Shown piece by piece: positions 9,935 through 19,502 of a DNA stretch of 64,000 nucleotides. The number at the start of each line of letters is the position of its first letter. The stretch's first letter is position 1. Both the position numbers and the translations under genes were made by a program. This DNA comes from Negativicutes bacterium. GTDB lineage: Bacteria; Bacillota; Negativicutes; UBA1444. A model generated the notes under the pieces. The model saw nothing but the letters and a program-made list of their open reading frames with translations. It searched no databases and had not been told where the DNA came from. The DNA lies in contig CAXXIN010000007.1 of the NCBI GenBank assembly GCA_963665275.2, positions 64,001 to 128,000 of the forward strand, read 5' to 3'.

Positions 9935-11494
9935 TTATTCGCCCAACTTTCGCAAGTGCTCCGCCTGTGACGCATCCGTCAAGATAAACAAATAATCACC
10001 GGTAATCATGCGGACGTTTCCCTTCGGCACGAGTTCGCGCTCGCCACGCCTAATGCTGACCAATAAACAATCGGTTGGCCAGCAAACATCTTGGACCAAT
10101 TTGCCTTCCAGTTTGGAGCCACTGCCAACAGGAATTTCAATAACCATGCGTTTTTTGCCGTTGCTTTCCGCTATGGATTTTCCTTGCTTGCTCAGTATCC
10201 GGTTGAGCAATTCTTCGTAAATCGGCTTGGTCTTTGCCAGGTCGGCCATCAAATAGGCCGTGATTGAAACGATGATTAATGGCAACATATGATTGAAAGA
10301 GGCAGTCATTTCCATAATGAGTATACTCCCAGTAACAGGGGATTTGACTACCGCTGAAAAATAAGCGGCCATGGACAATATGATGATATTCATCCGATAA
10401 CACGGTTCCATCAAACCGGTTTGGATGACAATATCACCGAAAATTCCACCGGTCAATGCACCAATAACCAACAGTGGCAAGAAAATTCCACCAGGAACAC
10501 CCGACCCATAACTGAGGAGAGTAAAGAAAAACTTCGTTACCAACAATAGAAATAATAGGCTCAGGCTAAGGGGAGCGGATGCGAGTTTATTGACCAGATC
10601 GTTGCCGCCACCCAGAATATCGGGAAGTATGAATCCGATGATTCCTGCAAACAGCAGCGGCAGCGCCGCTTTTTTCATGCCAGTAAGCCAGCGCTGCTTT
10701 TCATACATGTCCAGCGTTTTGACCACTCCACGGTTGAAAGCGGTAGCAGATATTCCTGTAATCATCCCAAGAAAAATTACCAGAACATAATAGCGAGCAG
10801 GAAGGATTGGCAACCCGAGAAATTGAAAGATCGGACTCGCACCGAAAAAATATTGCGATACAACATCAGCAGTTAGAGCTGCGGCAATGGTCGGCATTAA
10901 CACAGCGGAAGAAAAATTTTTGTGTAATTCTTCCAAGGAGAAGATCACGCCGGCCAATGGTGCGTTAAATGCTGCGGCCAGTCCTGCACTGGCGCCGCTG
11001 GTTATCAAATATCGCTCCTCCATTCTGGTGCGGCCAAGCAAGCGACTCAATCCCTGCCCAATGACAGCGCCCATTTGAACAGATGGACCTTCACGACCCA
11101 GGGAAAGCCCAGCGCCAATCGCCAAAGTGCCGCCAATCAATTTGCCTGCAAGGATTCTGCCCCATTGCATTTTCAACACTCCAAGGATCGTTCCTTTTAC
11201 TTGCGGAATTCCGCTGCCAGCAGACATAGGCTCCAACACCACGATGCGATTCAACACATAAGCAATTCCGAGCAACACGGCGAACCACGCAAGAATAAGC
11301 GGCCAGTCGAAACCCACAATATGTGTGTAAACTTCGCTACGTAGGGCTTCAAGCTGCTGCAGCGCAAAACGGAACGCTACCACAACGAGGCCGGAACCAA
11401 TTCCTACAATAATACCTTCTCCAAACAGTTTAAATTGAAAGTTTCGCCAATCCGCTAAAGAGGCGTATACTTTGCTAACGCGATGAACGGCCAT
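9935..11494 (-). CDS. ClC-family Cl-/H+ antiporter with C-terminal TrkA-C (RCK_C) domain
   Basis: GSGIP, GREGP, AAAFNAP and GIFLP motifs; C-terminal EIPVGSGSKLEGK..IRRG. Confidence 0.9.
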   Translation of the reverse strand: MAVHRVSKVYASLADWRNFQFKLFGEGIIVGIGSGLVVVAFRFALQQLEALRSEVYTHIVGFDWPLILAWFAVLLGIAYVLNRIVVLEPMSAGSGIPQVKGTILGVLKMQWGRILAGKLIGGTLAIGAGLSLGREGPSVQMGAVIGQGLSRLLGRTRMEERYLITSGASAGLAAAFNAPLAGVIFSLEELHKNFSSAVLMPTIAAALTADVVSQYFFGASPIFQFLGLPILPARYYVLVIFLGMITGISATAFNRGVVKTLDMYEKQRWLTGMKKAALPLLFAGIIGFILPDILGGGNDLVNKLASAPLSLSLLFLLLVTKFFFTLLSYGSGVPGGIFLPLLVIGALTGGIFGDIVIQTGLMEPCYRMNIIILSMAAYFSAVVKSPVTGSILIMEMTASFNHMLPLIIVSITAYLMADLAKTKPIYEELLNRILSKQGKSIAESNGKKRMVIEIPVGSGSKLEGKLVQDVCWPTDCLLVSIRRGERELVPKGNVRMITGDYLFILTDASQAEHLRKLGE

Positions 11495-11701
11495 GCACAG
11501 ATCCTCCTTTGGATATTACTGCGTTATTTTACCACTCCAGCCACCTCCCTTCCAGACTAACCGTTTATGCACTGCAATCGTTTCGCACGTTTTAACCATT
11601 TAATACGTCGTTAATCCCAATAGGTTAAAGGGGTTTGGCCCCAGACCCAAGAATACTATTCTTAGCCCATATCAAGAAGAAGACATGAAATAGGAGTGAA
11701 A

Positions 11702-12892
11702 ATGATGGAGAATTTTTTTCGGGTAGTTCCTCCGCAAGCGTTTGGCAGTAAGTCGATTGTTCGAATTAGAGATATTGACGCGGTGGTTCATAATTACAAA
11801 CTTTTCAAAGAAAAAGCAGACCGTACCGGTTCTATTTGCGGCGCTGTGATCAAGGCGGATGTCCATGGCTTGCAAATGAAAGATGTAGCTCCTGCTTTGT
11901 ATCAAGAAGGCGTTCGGTATTTTTTCATTGAAGAAATATCTGAAGGACTTGCTTTGCGGAACATATTACCATTTGCCGATGCCAAAATTTATGCGCTGGC
12001 GGGTTTACTGGACGGCGAAGAAGAGTACTTTTTCAAATCGCAAATCTATCCATGCATTAATTGTTTGGAGCAACTTGAAAGATGGAACAAATTTTGCGGA
12101 GAATACGGACGAAGTTCAGCGATAATCCATCTCGATACGCATATGAATCGTCTGGGGCTACTTGACGACGAAGTTGATTTGCTTAGCCAAAACTTTGACG
12201 CTCTTACCTCCAACCTTGACATAACCTTCTATATGAGTCATTTTTATGACATAAAAGGGTCAGATCATACAAACTGCTACAAACAACTGGATATCCTGAC
12301 AAGCTATTTATCAAAATTGCCTTCTAGACCTGTAACTTTTGCCTGTACGGACAGCGTTATTTTGTTAAACAATGCTGAATTCAACATGGGGATGATTCGC
12401 CCAGGTATTGGGTTGGTGGGAGGAGCACCGGATGTCCGTCACCCTATTTCACCAGATGCGAAGCATACCATAGAAATTTACGCCAAGATTTCGCAAATCA
12501 AGAAGGTCAAATGCGGCGAAACCATTGGGTATGGCGGCGCTTATACCACAAAACGGGACACTGTTTTGGCGCTTGCGCATATTGGCTACAAAGACGGTTA
12601 CCTGAGAGCTTTAAGTGAATTGGACGCTCTGCCCAAAGGGGTATATATGCATATCGCGCAGTACCAGGCCCCGTTAATCGGAAAAATCTCACTAGGCGCT
12701 ACGACGCTTGACGTTACCGACATCCCGCAGGAGATTCTTGATCAATACAAATATGCGGAGGTTGTCGGGCCCAATGTCGATATCAAATATCTCGCGGATA
12801 AGGCCGGTTGTTATGAAATCCTGGCTTCGCTCGGAAGACCCAATATAAAAGTGGCCGATTATACGCTGCAGGCATTCAAAGATTTGTTTTAA
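11702..12892 (+). CDS. Alanine-racemase-family PLP enzyme (atypical active-site motifs)
   Basis: AVIKAD (PLP lysine), HLDTHMNRLG, MSHF, IRPGIGL, ETIGYGGAY, IGYKDGY and YEIL. Confidence 0.8.
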   Translation: MMENFFRVVPPQAFGSKSIVRIRDIDAVVHNYKLFKEKADRTGSICGAVIKADVHGLQMKDVAPALYQEGVRYFFIEEISEGLALRNILPFADAKIYALAGLLDGEEEYFFKSQIYPCINCLEQLERWNKFCGEYGRSSAIIHLDTHMNRLGLLDDEVDLLSQNFDALTSNLDITFYMSHFYDIKGSDHTNCYKQLDILTSYLSKLPSRPVTFACTDSVILLNNAEFNMGMIRPGIGLVGGAPDVRHPISPDAKHTIEIYAKISQIKKVKCGETIGYGGAYTTKRDTVLALAHIGYKDGYLRALSELDALPKGVYMHIAQYQAPLIGKISLGATTLDVTDIPQEILDQYKYAEVVGPNVDIKYLADKAGCYEILASLGRPNIKVADYTLQAFKDLF

Positions 12893-13521
12893 GCTTGAAT
12901 TAACGAGGACATGAGCTGATAAAAATATTCCGGCTGTTTTTCTTTGTTCAGCTTATACCAGAAAGTCAGCGTATCGGGTTCAAAAACGTCCAAGCGATCA
13001 AGGATATGATAGGCAAATTCCAACGGCGCTGTTCCACTGGCGGTGATCAAATTTCCATCCCTGACAGCCTCCTGCTGTTGATACAGCCGCGCCCCCGTGT
13101 ATGCGTCGCCGGCAACTTGGCGCAAGTATGCCAAATCATTGCTGGTATGCTTTTGCTGATTCAGCAGACCGGCCCGTCCCAACGCGAACGTCGCTCCACA
13201 AATAGCGGCAACCGGAATCCCAGCCGTCAGAAAAGCCGCAGCTTTTCTAATCGCCGGTTCATGCTGCGGTTCCAGCCAGGTATTGCTCCCCGGCAATATC
13301 AGCAGCGCGGCCTCTGACAGACAAATTTCATCCACCAATAATTCAGGCATGATCTTTAGGCCACCCATGGTCGTTGCCGGATTCATCGACAGCGCGCAGG
13401 ATTTCACAGTTAAAAGTTGCGCCGTTTTTTTGAAAAAACGTCCGGAGTGAAGCTCCGCTATGGCATACCCCGCTTCCCAATCCGCCAGAGAGTCTTGAAG
13501 ATAAATGTACACCGTTTTCAT
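12889..13521 (-). CDS. DJ-1/PfpI (type 1 glutamine amidotransferase-like, YoaZ-type) protein
   Basis: LADWE, TTMGGL, LILPG, AAICGA and DGNLITASG; start at ATG 13521 after AAGGAGG. Confidence 0.85.
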   Translation of the reverse strand: MKTVYIYLQDSLADWEAGYAIAELHSGRFFKKTAQLLTVKSCALSMNPATTMGGLKIMPELLVDEICLSEAALLILPGSNTWLEPQHEPAIRKAAAFLTAGIPVAAICGATFALGRAGLLNQQKHTSNDLAYLRQVAGDAYTGARLYQQQEAVRDGNLITASGTAPLEFAYHILDRLDVFEPDTLTFWYKLNKEKQPEYFYQLMSSLIQA

Positions 13522-13523
13522 CG

Positions 13524-14180
13524 TTAAACTTCCTCCTTTATAACCACTCCAAAATTCGTAGCCAAAGCTATGGCTTGTGCAGGGGCAATGATACAGCCCC
13601 GAAGGTCCTCCAGTGTCAACGCCAGTTGATAAAATTGACAAGTGCTCAGATCGATTCCTGCCAGTTTAGTGCCCGATAATTGAACCCTATCGAGATTGCA
13701 ACAGACAAATCTTACGTCGGCCAGTGTGGCGGAGTAGACATCAGCTTCAGCTAAAGCAGTGTTGCGAAAGATGCTCTTTGCGCACTTGAAGTAACGCAGG
13801 ACGGCATAGGAAGCATTACAGCTATCAAAGACAACATTCCGAAGAGAAGATTCGGTCAGATTGACGCCGACCATCTTGCAGTCACGAAACTGGACACGAT
13901 CCATAAAACACTGGCTGAAATCCGCATTGGAGAGGTCACATTGTTCAAATAGAATGTCGGTTAGTTTGACGTTCGGCCAATGAACACGAGTGAAAACAAC
14001 GTTTTTAAAAACAACTTGGTTAATCACCAGGTTGTCGGCAGTCTGATCTTCAATTGCAGACTCTTGTATCAGGCAGAGTTCCACGCACTCTTCGTCATGA
14101 AACGCGCTTATTGGCGCCAAAGATAATTGGGGCGGCAGATTAGGCGCTACGGGGTTCAGTTCAACATCTTTTTTGGCCAT
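13524..14180 (-). CDS. Pentapeptide-repeat protein (Qnr/MfpA-like fold)
   Basis: Repeated 5-residue units such as CDLSN ADFSQ, VNLTE SSLRN, TKLAG IDLST. Confidence 0.88.
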   Translation of the reverse strand: MAKKDVELNPVAPNLPPQLSLAPISAFHDEECVELCLIQESAIEDQTADNLVINQVVFKNVVFTRVHWPNVKLTDILFEQCDLSNADFSQCFMDRVQFRDCKMVGVNLTESSLRNVVFDSCNASYAVLRYFKCAKSIFRNTALAEADVYSATLADVRFVCCNLDRVQLSGTKLAGIDLSTCQFYQLALTLEDLRGCIIAPAQAIALATNFGVVIKEEV

Positions 14181-14226
14181 GGTATTCCTCCAACTAGTCC
14201 ATTTACTTTCTCGCGGCCGATATTCG

Positions 14227-14238
14227 GAACATTTGTTC
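14227..14238. promoter_or_regulatory. Firmicute LexA/SOS box (GAAC-N4-GTTC)
   Basis: GGAACATTTGTTCC at 14226-14239, just downstream of a minus-strand TTTACT-17-TATACT promoter-like sequence and upstream of the pentapeptide gene. Confidence 0.65.
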
Positions 14239-14409
14239 CATATCTATAAGTATAGCGATTTATAATTCCCAAGTAAAGAAAATCTCCCCCTGTTGACCAT
14301 TCCTGCTCATTTGGGGCATTTAAAGTCAGTAACGAAAATATATATTGTCGGCAACAATGATTCAATAATATAATATAAGTATAATACTGAAACTGAAAGG
14401 AGATTCATC

Positions 14410-14634
14410 ATGCAAACACATTTTGAAAAACGCGATCATCTGTATAGCGAAATTGTGATCAATGTTACTGCAGATGGATTTGAGCTATTGAACCGGGGAA
14501 GAGTAATTTCCCGCTGGGATTCACTAGGTTTGGCCTCCATCGAACGGGAGCGCGTTGTTGAAACAATCGCGCAAATGTCTCGCCTGCGGGAACTGCAGCA
14601 TTCGACTCACAAAATGTCGCACGAACCATGCTAA
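14410..14634 (+). CDS. Small hypothetical protein (74 aa)
   Basis: AAAGGAG RBS, AT-rich upstream region with TATAAT, downstream terminator; no recognised motif. Confidence 0.6.
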   Translation: MQTHFEKRDHLYSEIVINVTADGFELLNRGRVISRWDSLGLASIERERVVETIAQMSRLRELQHSTHKMSHEPC

Positions 14635-14670
14635 AAAGAACGCCGGACAATAACCGGTCCATAAACAAGT

Positions 14671-14713
14671 AAAAACCCCTCCGAAACGCCGCATGCGAAT
14701 CAGAGGGGTTTTT
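14671..14713. terminator. Bidirectional intrinsic terminator
   Basis: AAAAACCCCTC...GAGGGGTTTTT between convergent genes. Confidence 0.75.
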
Positions 14714-14739
14714 ACTTGTGCTACGATTCTATCCTATTA

Positions 14740-15837
14740 TCAGGAAAGAACCCAATCCATAATCTCCTGATCTTTGAACACCTTCACGATCGTCCGGCTT
14801 TGGGTTCTCCCCAAATCCATCGAATCCTTTTCTTTTGTCCGATTGCCCCAAGGATCCATCAACAAACGAATTATGGGGCGATCAGGATGTTCCGGATTGA
14901 GCGTTTCCACTTCACCGATCTCCCCACTATCCACCTGTACCAGACTGCCCACCGGGTAAGGCGCCACCCGGGGAAGCAGGAGCCGGATGATCTCCGGATC
15001 AAGCAGGCGACTAGAAAGCGCATTAAGAATCGCGATGGCCTCATGTGGCAGATAATAATGGCGAAAAGGTCGGTCAGACACCAATGCGTCGAACATATCG
15101 GCCACACTGGCAATACGTGCGTACTCATGAATAGCGGCGCCGGAGCAACCACGCGGATAGCCTTTGCCGTCGAAACTTTCATGATGCTGGTACGCCACTT
15201 GCCGGGAGGTGGCTGGCAAAGCATTGAGTTTCTTGCGCAACCCATCCAGTCCATTTTCAGGGTGCTGCTTGATCTGCTCCATCTCTTCAGGGGTCAGGCA
15301 GGCGCTTTTCCGCAATATCGCCGCAGGAATGAGCATCTCTCCAATGTCCATCAACAACGTCCCGATCGCCAGTTCCTGCAATTTCGCCACTGTATAATCC
15401 ATTTTTAATCCAACCAGGACGGATAGAACCGTTACATTAACTACATGAGCCGGCAAATATTGCTCCGGAGTCCGTAAATCGACAAATTGAAACAAGCGCT
15501 TCCGGTTTAGGATGATCTCGTTGACCATACGAGAAGCCAAATCGCGGAGAGGCGCTTCATCCATATCCGCTTTGGATTGAAAGTTTTCATAAAACTGACC
15601 AATCAGTCTGGTGGCCTCAGATCTCAATTCCGGACTTATAAAATCATCCACGGGATTGTGCTCAAGAAAGCCCGGCACGGTCACGTATGCGGATTCGAAG
15701 CCAAATTTCTGCATCGCCTCGATATGCGATTCCTGCAATGCCTGACCGCAGCGGATCAACAGGCGTCCGCCAGTATCCATCATATCCATGGCCGCAACCA
15801 TCTCTGGGCGCAAGCATTTAAGGACAAGTCTCTGCAT
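14740..15837 (-). CDS. HD-GYP domain protein, HD dyad degenerate (MD)
   Basis: LLMDIG in place of LLHDIG; HHESFDGKGYP, VADMFDAL..RPF retained; start at ATG 15837. Confidence 0.85.
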   Translation of the reverse strand: MQRLVLKCLRPEMVAAMDMMDTGGRLLIRCGQALQESHIEAMQKFGFESAYVTVPGFLEHNPVDDFISPELRSEATRLIGQFYENFQSKADMDEAPLRDLASRMVNEIILNRKRLFQFVDLRTPEQYLPAHVVNVTVLSVLVGLKMDYTVAKLQELAIGTLLMDIGEMLIPAAILRKSACLTPEEMEQIKQHPENGLDGLRKKLNALPATSRQVAYQHHESFDGKGYPRGCSGAAIHEYARIASVADMFDALVSDRPFRHYYLPHEAIAILNALSSRLLDPEIIRLLLPRVAPYPVGSLVQVDSGEIGEVETLNPEHPDRPIIRLLMDPWGNRTKEKDSMDLGRTQSRTIVKVFKDQEIMDWVLS

Positions 15838-15962
15838 AATATCTCCCTCTGTTACAAAAATAGAACCAAATCCCAAAAGTCCGAAGGACCTATGGAATCT
15901 GGTTCTATTTTAACACATGACGAAGTATCGTTGAAACATTCGGGTACGAATTGAGGTATCGA

Positions 15963-17849
15963 TTACTTCAGGCACCCCTGCAGGAACTTCTCCATCGCCT
16001 CGTAAAACTCGAACCTATTCTCTTCATTATGAAAACCATGGCCTTCATTTTCCTTGACCATATACTCCACAGTGACGCCCCTGGCAGCCAGCGCCGCCAC
16101 CATCTGGTCCGACTCCGCCTTGTTCACGCGAGGATCGCGGGCGCCCTGCGCAATGAAAAGCGGCACTTTGATCTGGTCGGCGTGGAATGCGGGTGAAATG
16201 GCCTTCAGTAGTTCCTCATCCTTTTCCGGGTGGCCAACCTTTTCATAGAACTCGGCCATCAGCGGTTTCCAATACGGAGGAATCGTTTTGAGCAGTGTAA
16301 AGATGTTGGAAACACCGACATAATCGACGCCGCAGGCATAGACATCCGGTGTGAAAGCCAGTCCGGCCAGCACCGCATAACCGCCGTAACTGCCCCCGTA
16401 AATCGCGACGCGCTTCGGATCGGCGATGCCCTGTTTCACCAGCCAGTCCGCCCCATCGGTGATGTCGTTCTGCATCTTATTTCCCCATTGTTTGAAACCG
16501 GCTTCCCAGAACGCCCGTCCGTAGCCGGTCGAGCCCCGGTAATTCATCTGCAGTACGGCGAATCCACGGTTGGCCAGGAGCTGCACTTCCGAGTTAAAGC
16601 CCCAGTTGTCGCGCACCCAGGGTCCGCCATGCGGATTGACGACGACCGGTAGGTTTTTGGCTTCCTTTCCCTTGGGCAGCGTCAAGTATCCATTGATGGT
16701 CAGCCCATCCCGGCTCTTGTAGCTGATAGGTCGCATATCGGCCATGTCCTTTTCATTCAGCCAGGGCGAAAGCTCACGCCACTTTGTCAGCTTTCCTGTC
16801 TTTGAATCGAAAATGTAGTAAGCGCCGCGGGATTTGTCACTGTAGGTACGAACGACGAATTTCTCCTCCGCCTTGTCGATGGAGGTCAATGCCACTTCGT
16901 AGCCAGGCAGCTGTTTTTCCAAGGTGGCATAAATGTTGCGAATCTTGCTGTCGAAAAAGTGTCTGTGGCTCTTGTCCGTTGTATATCCGACACTCGTCAG
17001 CACCTTGCGGACCCGCGACCAGCCAGCACCGCCCACATCCACTTCAGGATGCGAATACAGCATCTGAATTTCCTTGCCATCCGCCGGGTTGATCAGGACC
17101 AACGCCTTGCGGTCGCGGCCGATGTTCGAAGTCGCATACAGGTTCCGGTTATCCGCCGAGAAAAAATACGGCGACACCTGATCTTTGAATCCAGTGGTGA
17201 TGATCGGGCGGAATTCCTGTGCTTCCGTCTCGCGATAAAGCAGGATATTCTGGTTCGCTTCCGCATCTTTGGCCATTGCCACGCGGAGTTTCCCTTCGTG
17301 GTCCGTCAAATATCCCACATAATTGCCCGGATTTTCGGCCACCATCGTCATTTCACCTGTCACGACATTGAGCCGATACACGTCGAAAACATCCAGTCGA
17401 CGTTGGTTCATGTCGATCAGTATCTCGTTTTCGACATCTTCCAGATCATCCGTCACTCCGGCCCGTACACCGGGGAATGGAGTCAAATCGCGGGTTTTTC
17501 CTGCAACAAGATCGACCGCGTACAGATGATAGTTCTCATCGCCGCCGTCATCCTTGAGATAGATCAGCGTATTGGCGTTTTTCCAGAAGTAGCCGCCGAT
17601 GTCGCGATCCCGGACATCCGTCACCTGGCGCGGCTTTTCATCTCCTATTTTCTGTACGAACAGATTCAGCCGCTGTTCCACAGGTGCCAGAAAGGCTACC
17701 TGCAAACCGTCCGGCGACAACTCCAGCGCCGAAAGCTCGGGGTTCCTGAAAAAATCGCGCAATGGCACAATCGGCGCTGCCTCACCGGTCGCCATCCCGC
17801 CAAACGCAATACTAATCGTCAAAACTAAAGCCCACCTTTTCCAATTCAT
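15963..17849 (-). CDS. Secreted S9-family peptidase (dipeptidyl/acylaminoacyl peptidase)
   Basis: Signal peptide; PHGGP, NYRGSTGYG, GGSYGGY, QGARDPRV and EGHGF motifs (catalytic Ser, Asp, His present). Confidence 0.92.
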   Translation of the reverse strand: MNWKRWALVLTISIAFGGMATGEAAPIVPLRDFFRNPELSALELSPDGLQVAFLAPVEQRLNLFVQKIGDEKPRQVTDVRDRDIGGYFWKNANTLIYLKDDGGDENYHLYAVDLVAGKTRDLTPFPGVRAGVTDDLEDVENEILIDMNQRRLDVFDVYRLNVVTGEMTMVAENPGNYVGYLTDHEGKLRVAMAKDAEANQNILLYRETEAQEFRPIITTGFKDQVSPYFFSADNRNLYATSNIGRDRKALVLINPADGKEIQMLYSHPEVDVGGAGWSRVRKVLTSVGYTTDKSHRHFFDSKIRNIYATLEKQLPGYEVALTSIDKAEEKFVVRTYSDKSRGAYYIFDSKTGKLTKWRELSPWLNEKDMADMRPISYKSRDGLTINGYLTLPKGKEAKNLPVVVNPHGGPWVRDNWGFNSEVQLLANRGFAVLQMNYRGSTGYGRAFWEAGFKQWGNKMQNDITDGADWLVKQGIADPKRVAIYGGSYGGYAVLAGLAFTPDVYACGVDYVGVSNIFTLLKTIPPYWKPLMAEFYEKVGHPEKDEELLKAISPAFHADQIKVPLFIAQGARDPRVNKAESDQMVAALAARGVTVEYMVKENEGHGFHNEENRFEFYEAMEKFLQGCLK

Positions 17850-17891
17850 TTCTTATGCCCTCCATAGTTATTCCCGATCCGAGTCGACAGC

Positions 17892-18539
17892 TTAATGCGT
17901 CTTGCCGTCGCCTACCGAAATATCGGTTTCATAGGTGATCGCGGCTTCCAGAGCCGCCTCCAGACCTTTCACGATCGTTTCCACGGCCATGCTGGGCTGC
18001 GCCCCGATCCGGGCAGCCTGTTCCGGCAGGTACGGGATATGCACGAAGCCGCCCCTGACTTTCCCGCCTGACTGGGCCAGATGATGCATCAAGCCGTAAA
18101 ACAGATGATTGCAGACAAAAGTCCCGGCGGAATTGGAAACAGAAGCGGGGATGCCTGCTTCCCGCATTGCCACTACCATGGCCTTGATCGGCAGCGTGCT
18201 CCAGTATGCCGCAGGTGCACCCTTGACAATCGGCTCATCGACGGGCTGGAATCCGCCATTATCCGGTATGCGGTAATCATCCATATTGATCGCCACCCGC
18301 TCCGGTGTGATCTCCAGACGCCCGCCAGCCTGTCCTACCGCCAGCACCAGCGCTGGATCGGTCTCTTGGCAGAATTTCACGATGGCATCAATCGCCTCGA
18401 ACCGCGTTACAGGCAATTCCCTTGTCACGATCCGACAGCCGCCAATGATGCGGCCATCCAGCAGCTTGATCGCCTCCAGAGCCGGATTGACCGGCTCACC
18501 GCCGAACGGAACAAAGCCTGTCACCAACACATTACGCAT
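17892..18539 (-). CDS. pcp: Pyroglutamyl-peptidase I
   Basis: [41 protein letters not shown] and GFVHIPY. Confidence 0.95.
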   Translation of the reverse strand: MRNVLVTGFVPFGGEPVNPALEAIKLLDGRIIGGCRIVTRELPVTRFEAIDAIVKFCQETDPALVLAVGQAGGRLEITPERVAINMDDYRIPDNGGFQPVDEPIVKGAPAAYWSTLPIKAMVVAMREAGIPASVSNSAGTFVCNHLFYGLMHHLAQSGGKVRGGFVHIPYLPEQAARIGAQPSMAVETIVKGLEAALEAAITYETDISVGDGKTH

Positions 18540-18575
18540 CTCAGTTGTTCTCCTTTACATACAAATTTTCAAGAA

Positions 18576-19502
18576 CTATTTCCCGGGGAATGCCAGAAAA
18601 TACATCAGAAAAATATTCACGATTAGTAGGGGAACTGCTGTCATCACCTGGGCCTTGATGACTCCGTTCTTGTCCTGCATTTCCAGCAATGCGGCCGGTA
18701 CCACGTTGAAGTTGGCCGCCATGGGAGTCAGCAATGTTCCGCAATAGCCTGACAGCATGGCAATCACACCGGCGATGGCCGGGTCCGCCCCATGCATCTT
18801 GATCACCAGGGGAATGCCGATGCCGGTCGTAATAACCGCAAAGGCCGCAAATGCATTGCCCATGACCATCGTGAACAGCGCCATTCCGACGCAGTAGGCA
18901 ACAACTGTAGCCAGCCGGATATCCACCGGCACGACAGTTGCCACCATTTCAGCTACAACCTTGCCAACGCCGGCCTTGTCGAACAGGAAGCCCAGCGCCG
19001 CCAGGAACTGGGACAGGATGATGGCCCAGCCGATCGCGTCAAGCATCCGCCGGCCTTCTTGAAAAGCCTGCACCGGCATGATCCGCGTCAACAAAAAGGC
19101 CAATACCAGCGCCACAACAGACCCGATGCCCAGTCCGACCAACGCTCCCATCTTGGGCGCCAGCCAAGCCACCAGGAACGTCACCAGCGGTACTGCCAGC
19201 GCCGGTCCGAACAGCCACATGCCATATTTATCCGCCATTTTGCGCCGGAATTCGGTTGCGGCGCTGAGATAGTCGCCCATACCCATCCATTTGGCCCCGG
19301 CGATCAATGCCATGACGACCACCATCCCGCCGACTACCGCCGGTGGAATCTCTTTACCCCAGATAAACGTGATCCCATAGATTCCCCAGAACATCGCCGT
19401 GCCCCATTTTCCCGCATGTTTCTTGTCCAGCACGGTCAAAACGGTAAAGATCAGCAAAAACACGCCTGTGACTGCATAAATCTGATCCAGTGTGACAGTC
19501 AT
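18576..19502 (-). CDS. DUF979-family membrane protein (putative 5-oxoproline transporter subunit)
   Basis: Polytopic; MGNAFAAF, GYCGTLLTPMAANFNVVPAALLE; adjacent to pcp. Confidence 0.85.
   Translation of the reverse strand: MTVTLDQIYAVTGVFLLIFTVLTVLDKKHAGKWGTAMFWGIYGITFIWGKEIPPAVVGGMVVVMALIAGAKWMGMGDYLSAATEFRRKMADKYGMWLFGPALAVPLVTFLVAWLAPKMGALVGLGIGSVVALVLAFLLTRIMPVQAFQEGRRMLDAIGWAIILSQFLAALGFLFDKAGVGKVVAEMVATVVPVDIRLATVVAYCVGMALFTMVMGNAFAAFAVITTGIGIPLVIKMHGADPAIAGVIAMLSGYCGTLLTPMAANFNVVPAALLEMQDKNGVIKAQVMTAVPLLIVNIFLMYFLAFPGK

Noticed and set aside
9935-11690. ClC as a fluoride exporter with a fluoride riboswitch
   Set aside because: Motifs are GSGIP/GREGP (chloride type), not the fluoride-type GNNLI/GREGT, and I could not see the riboswitch consensus upstream
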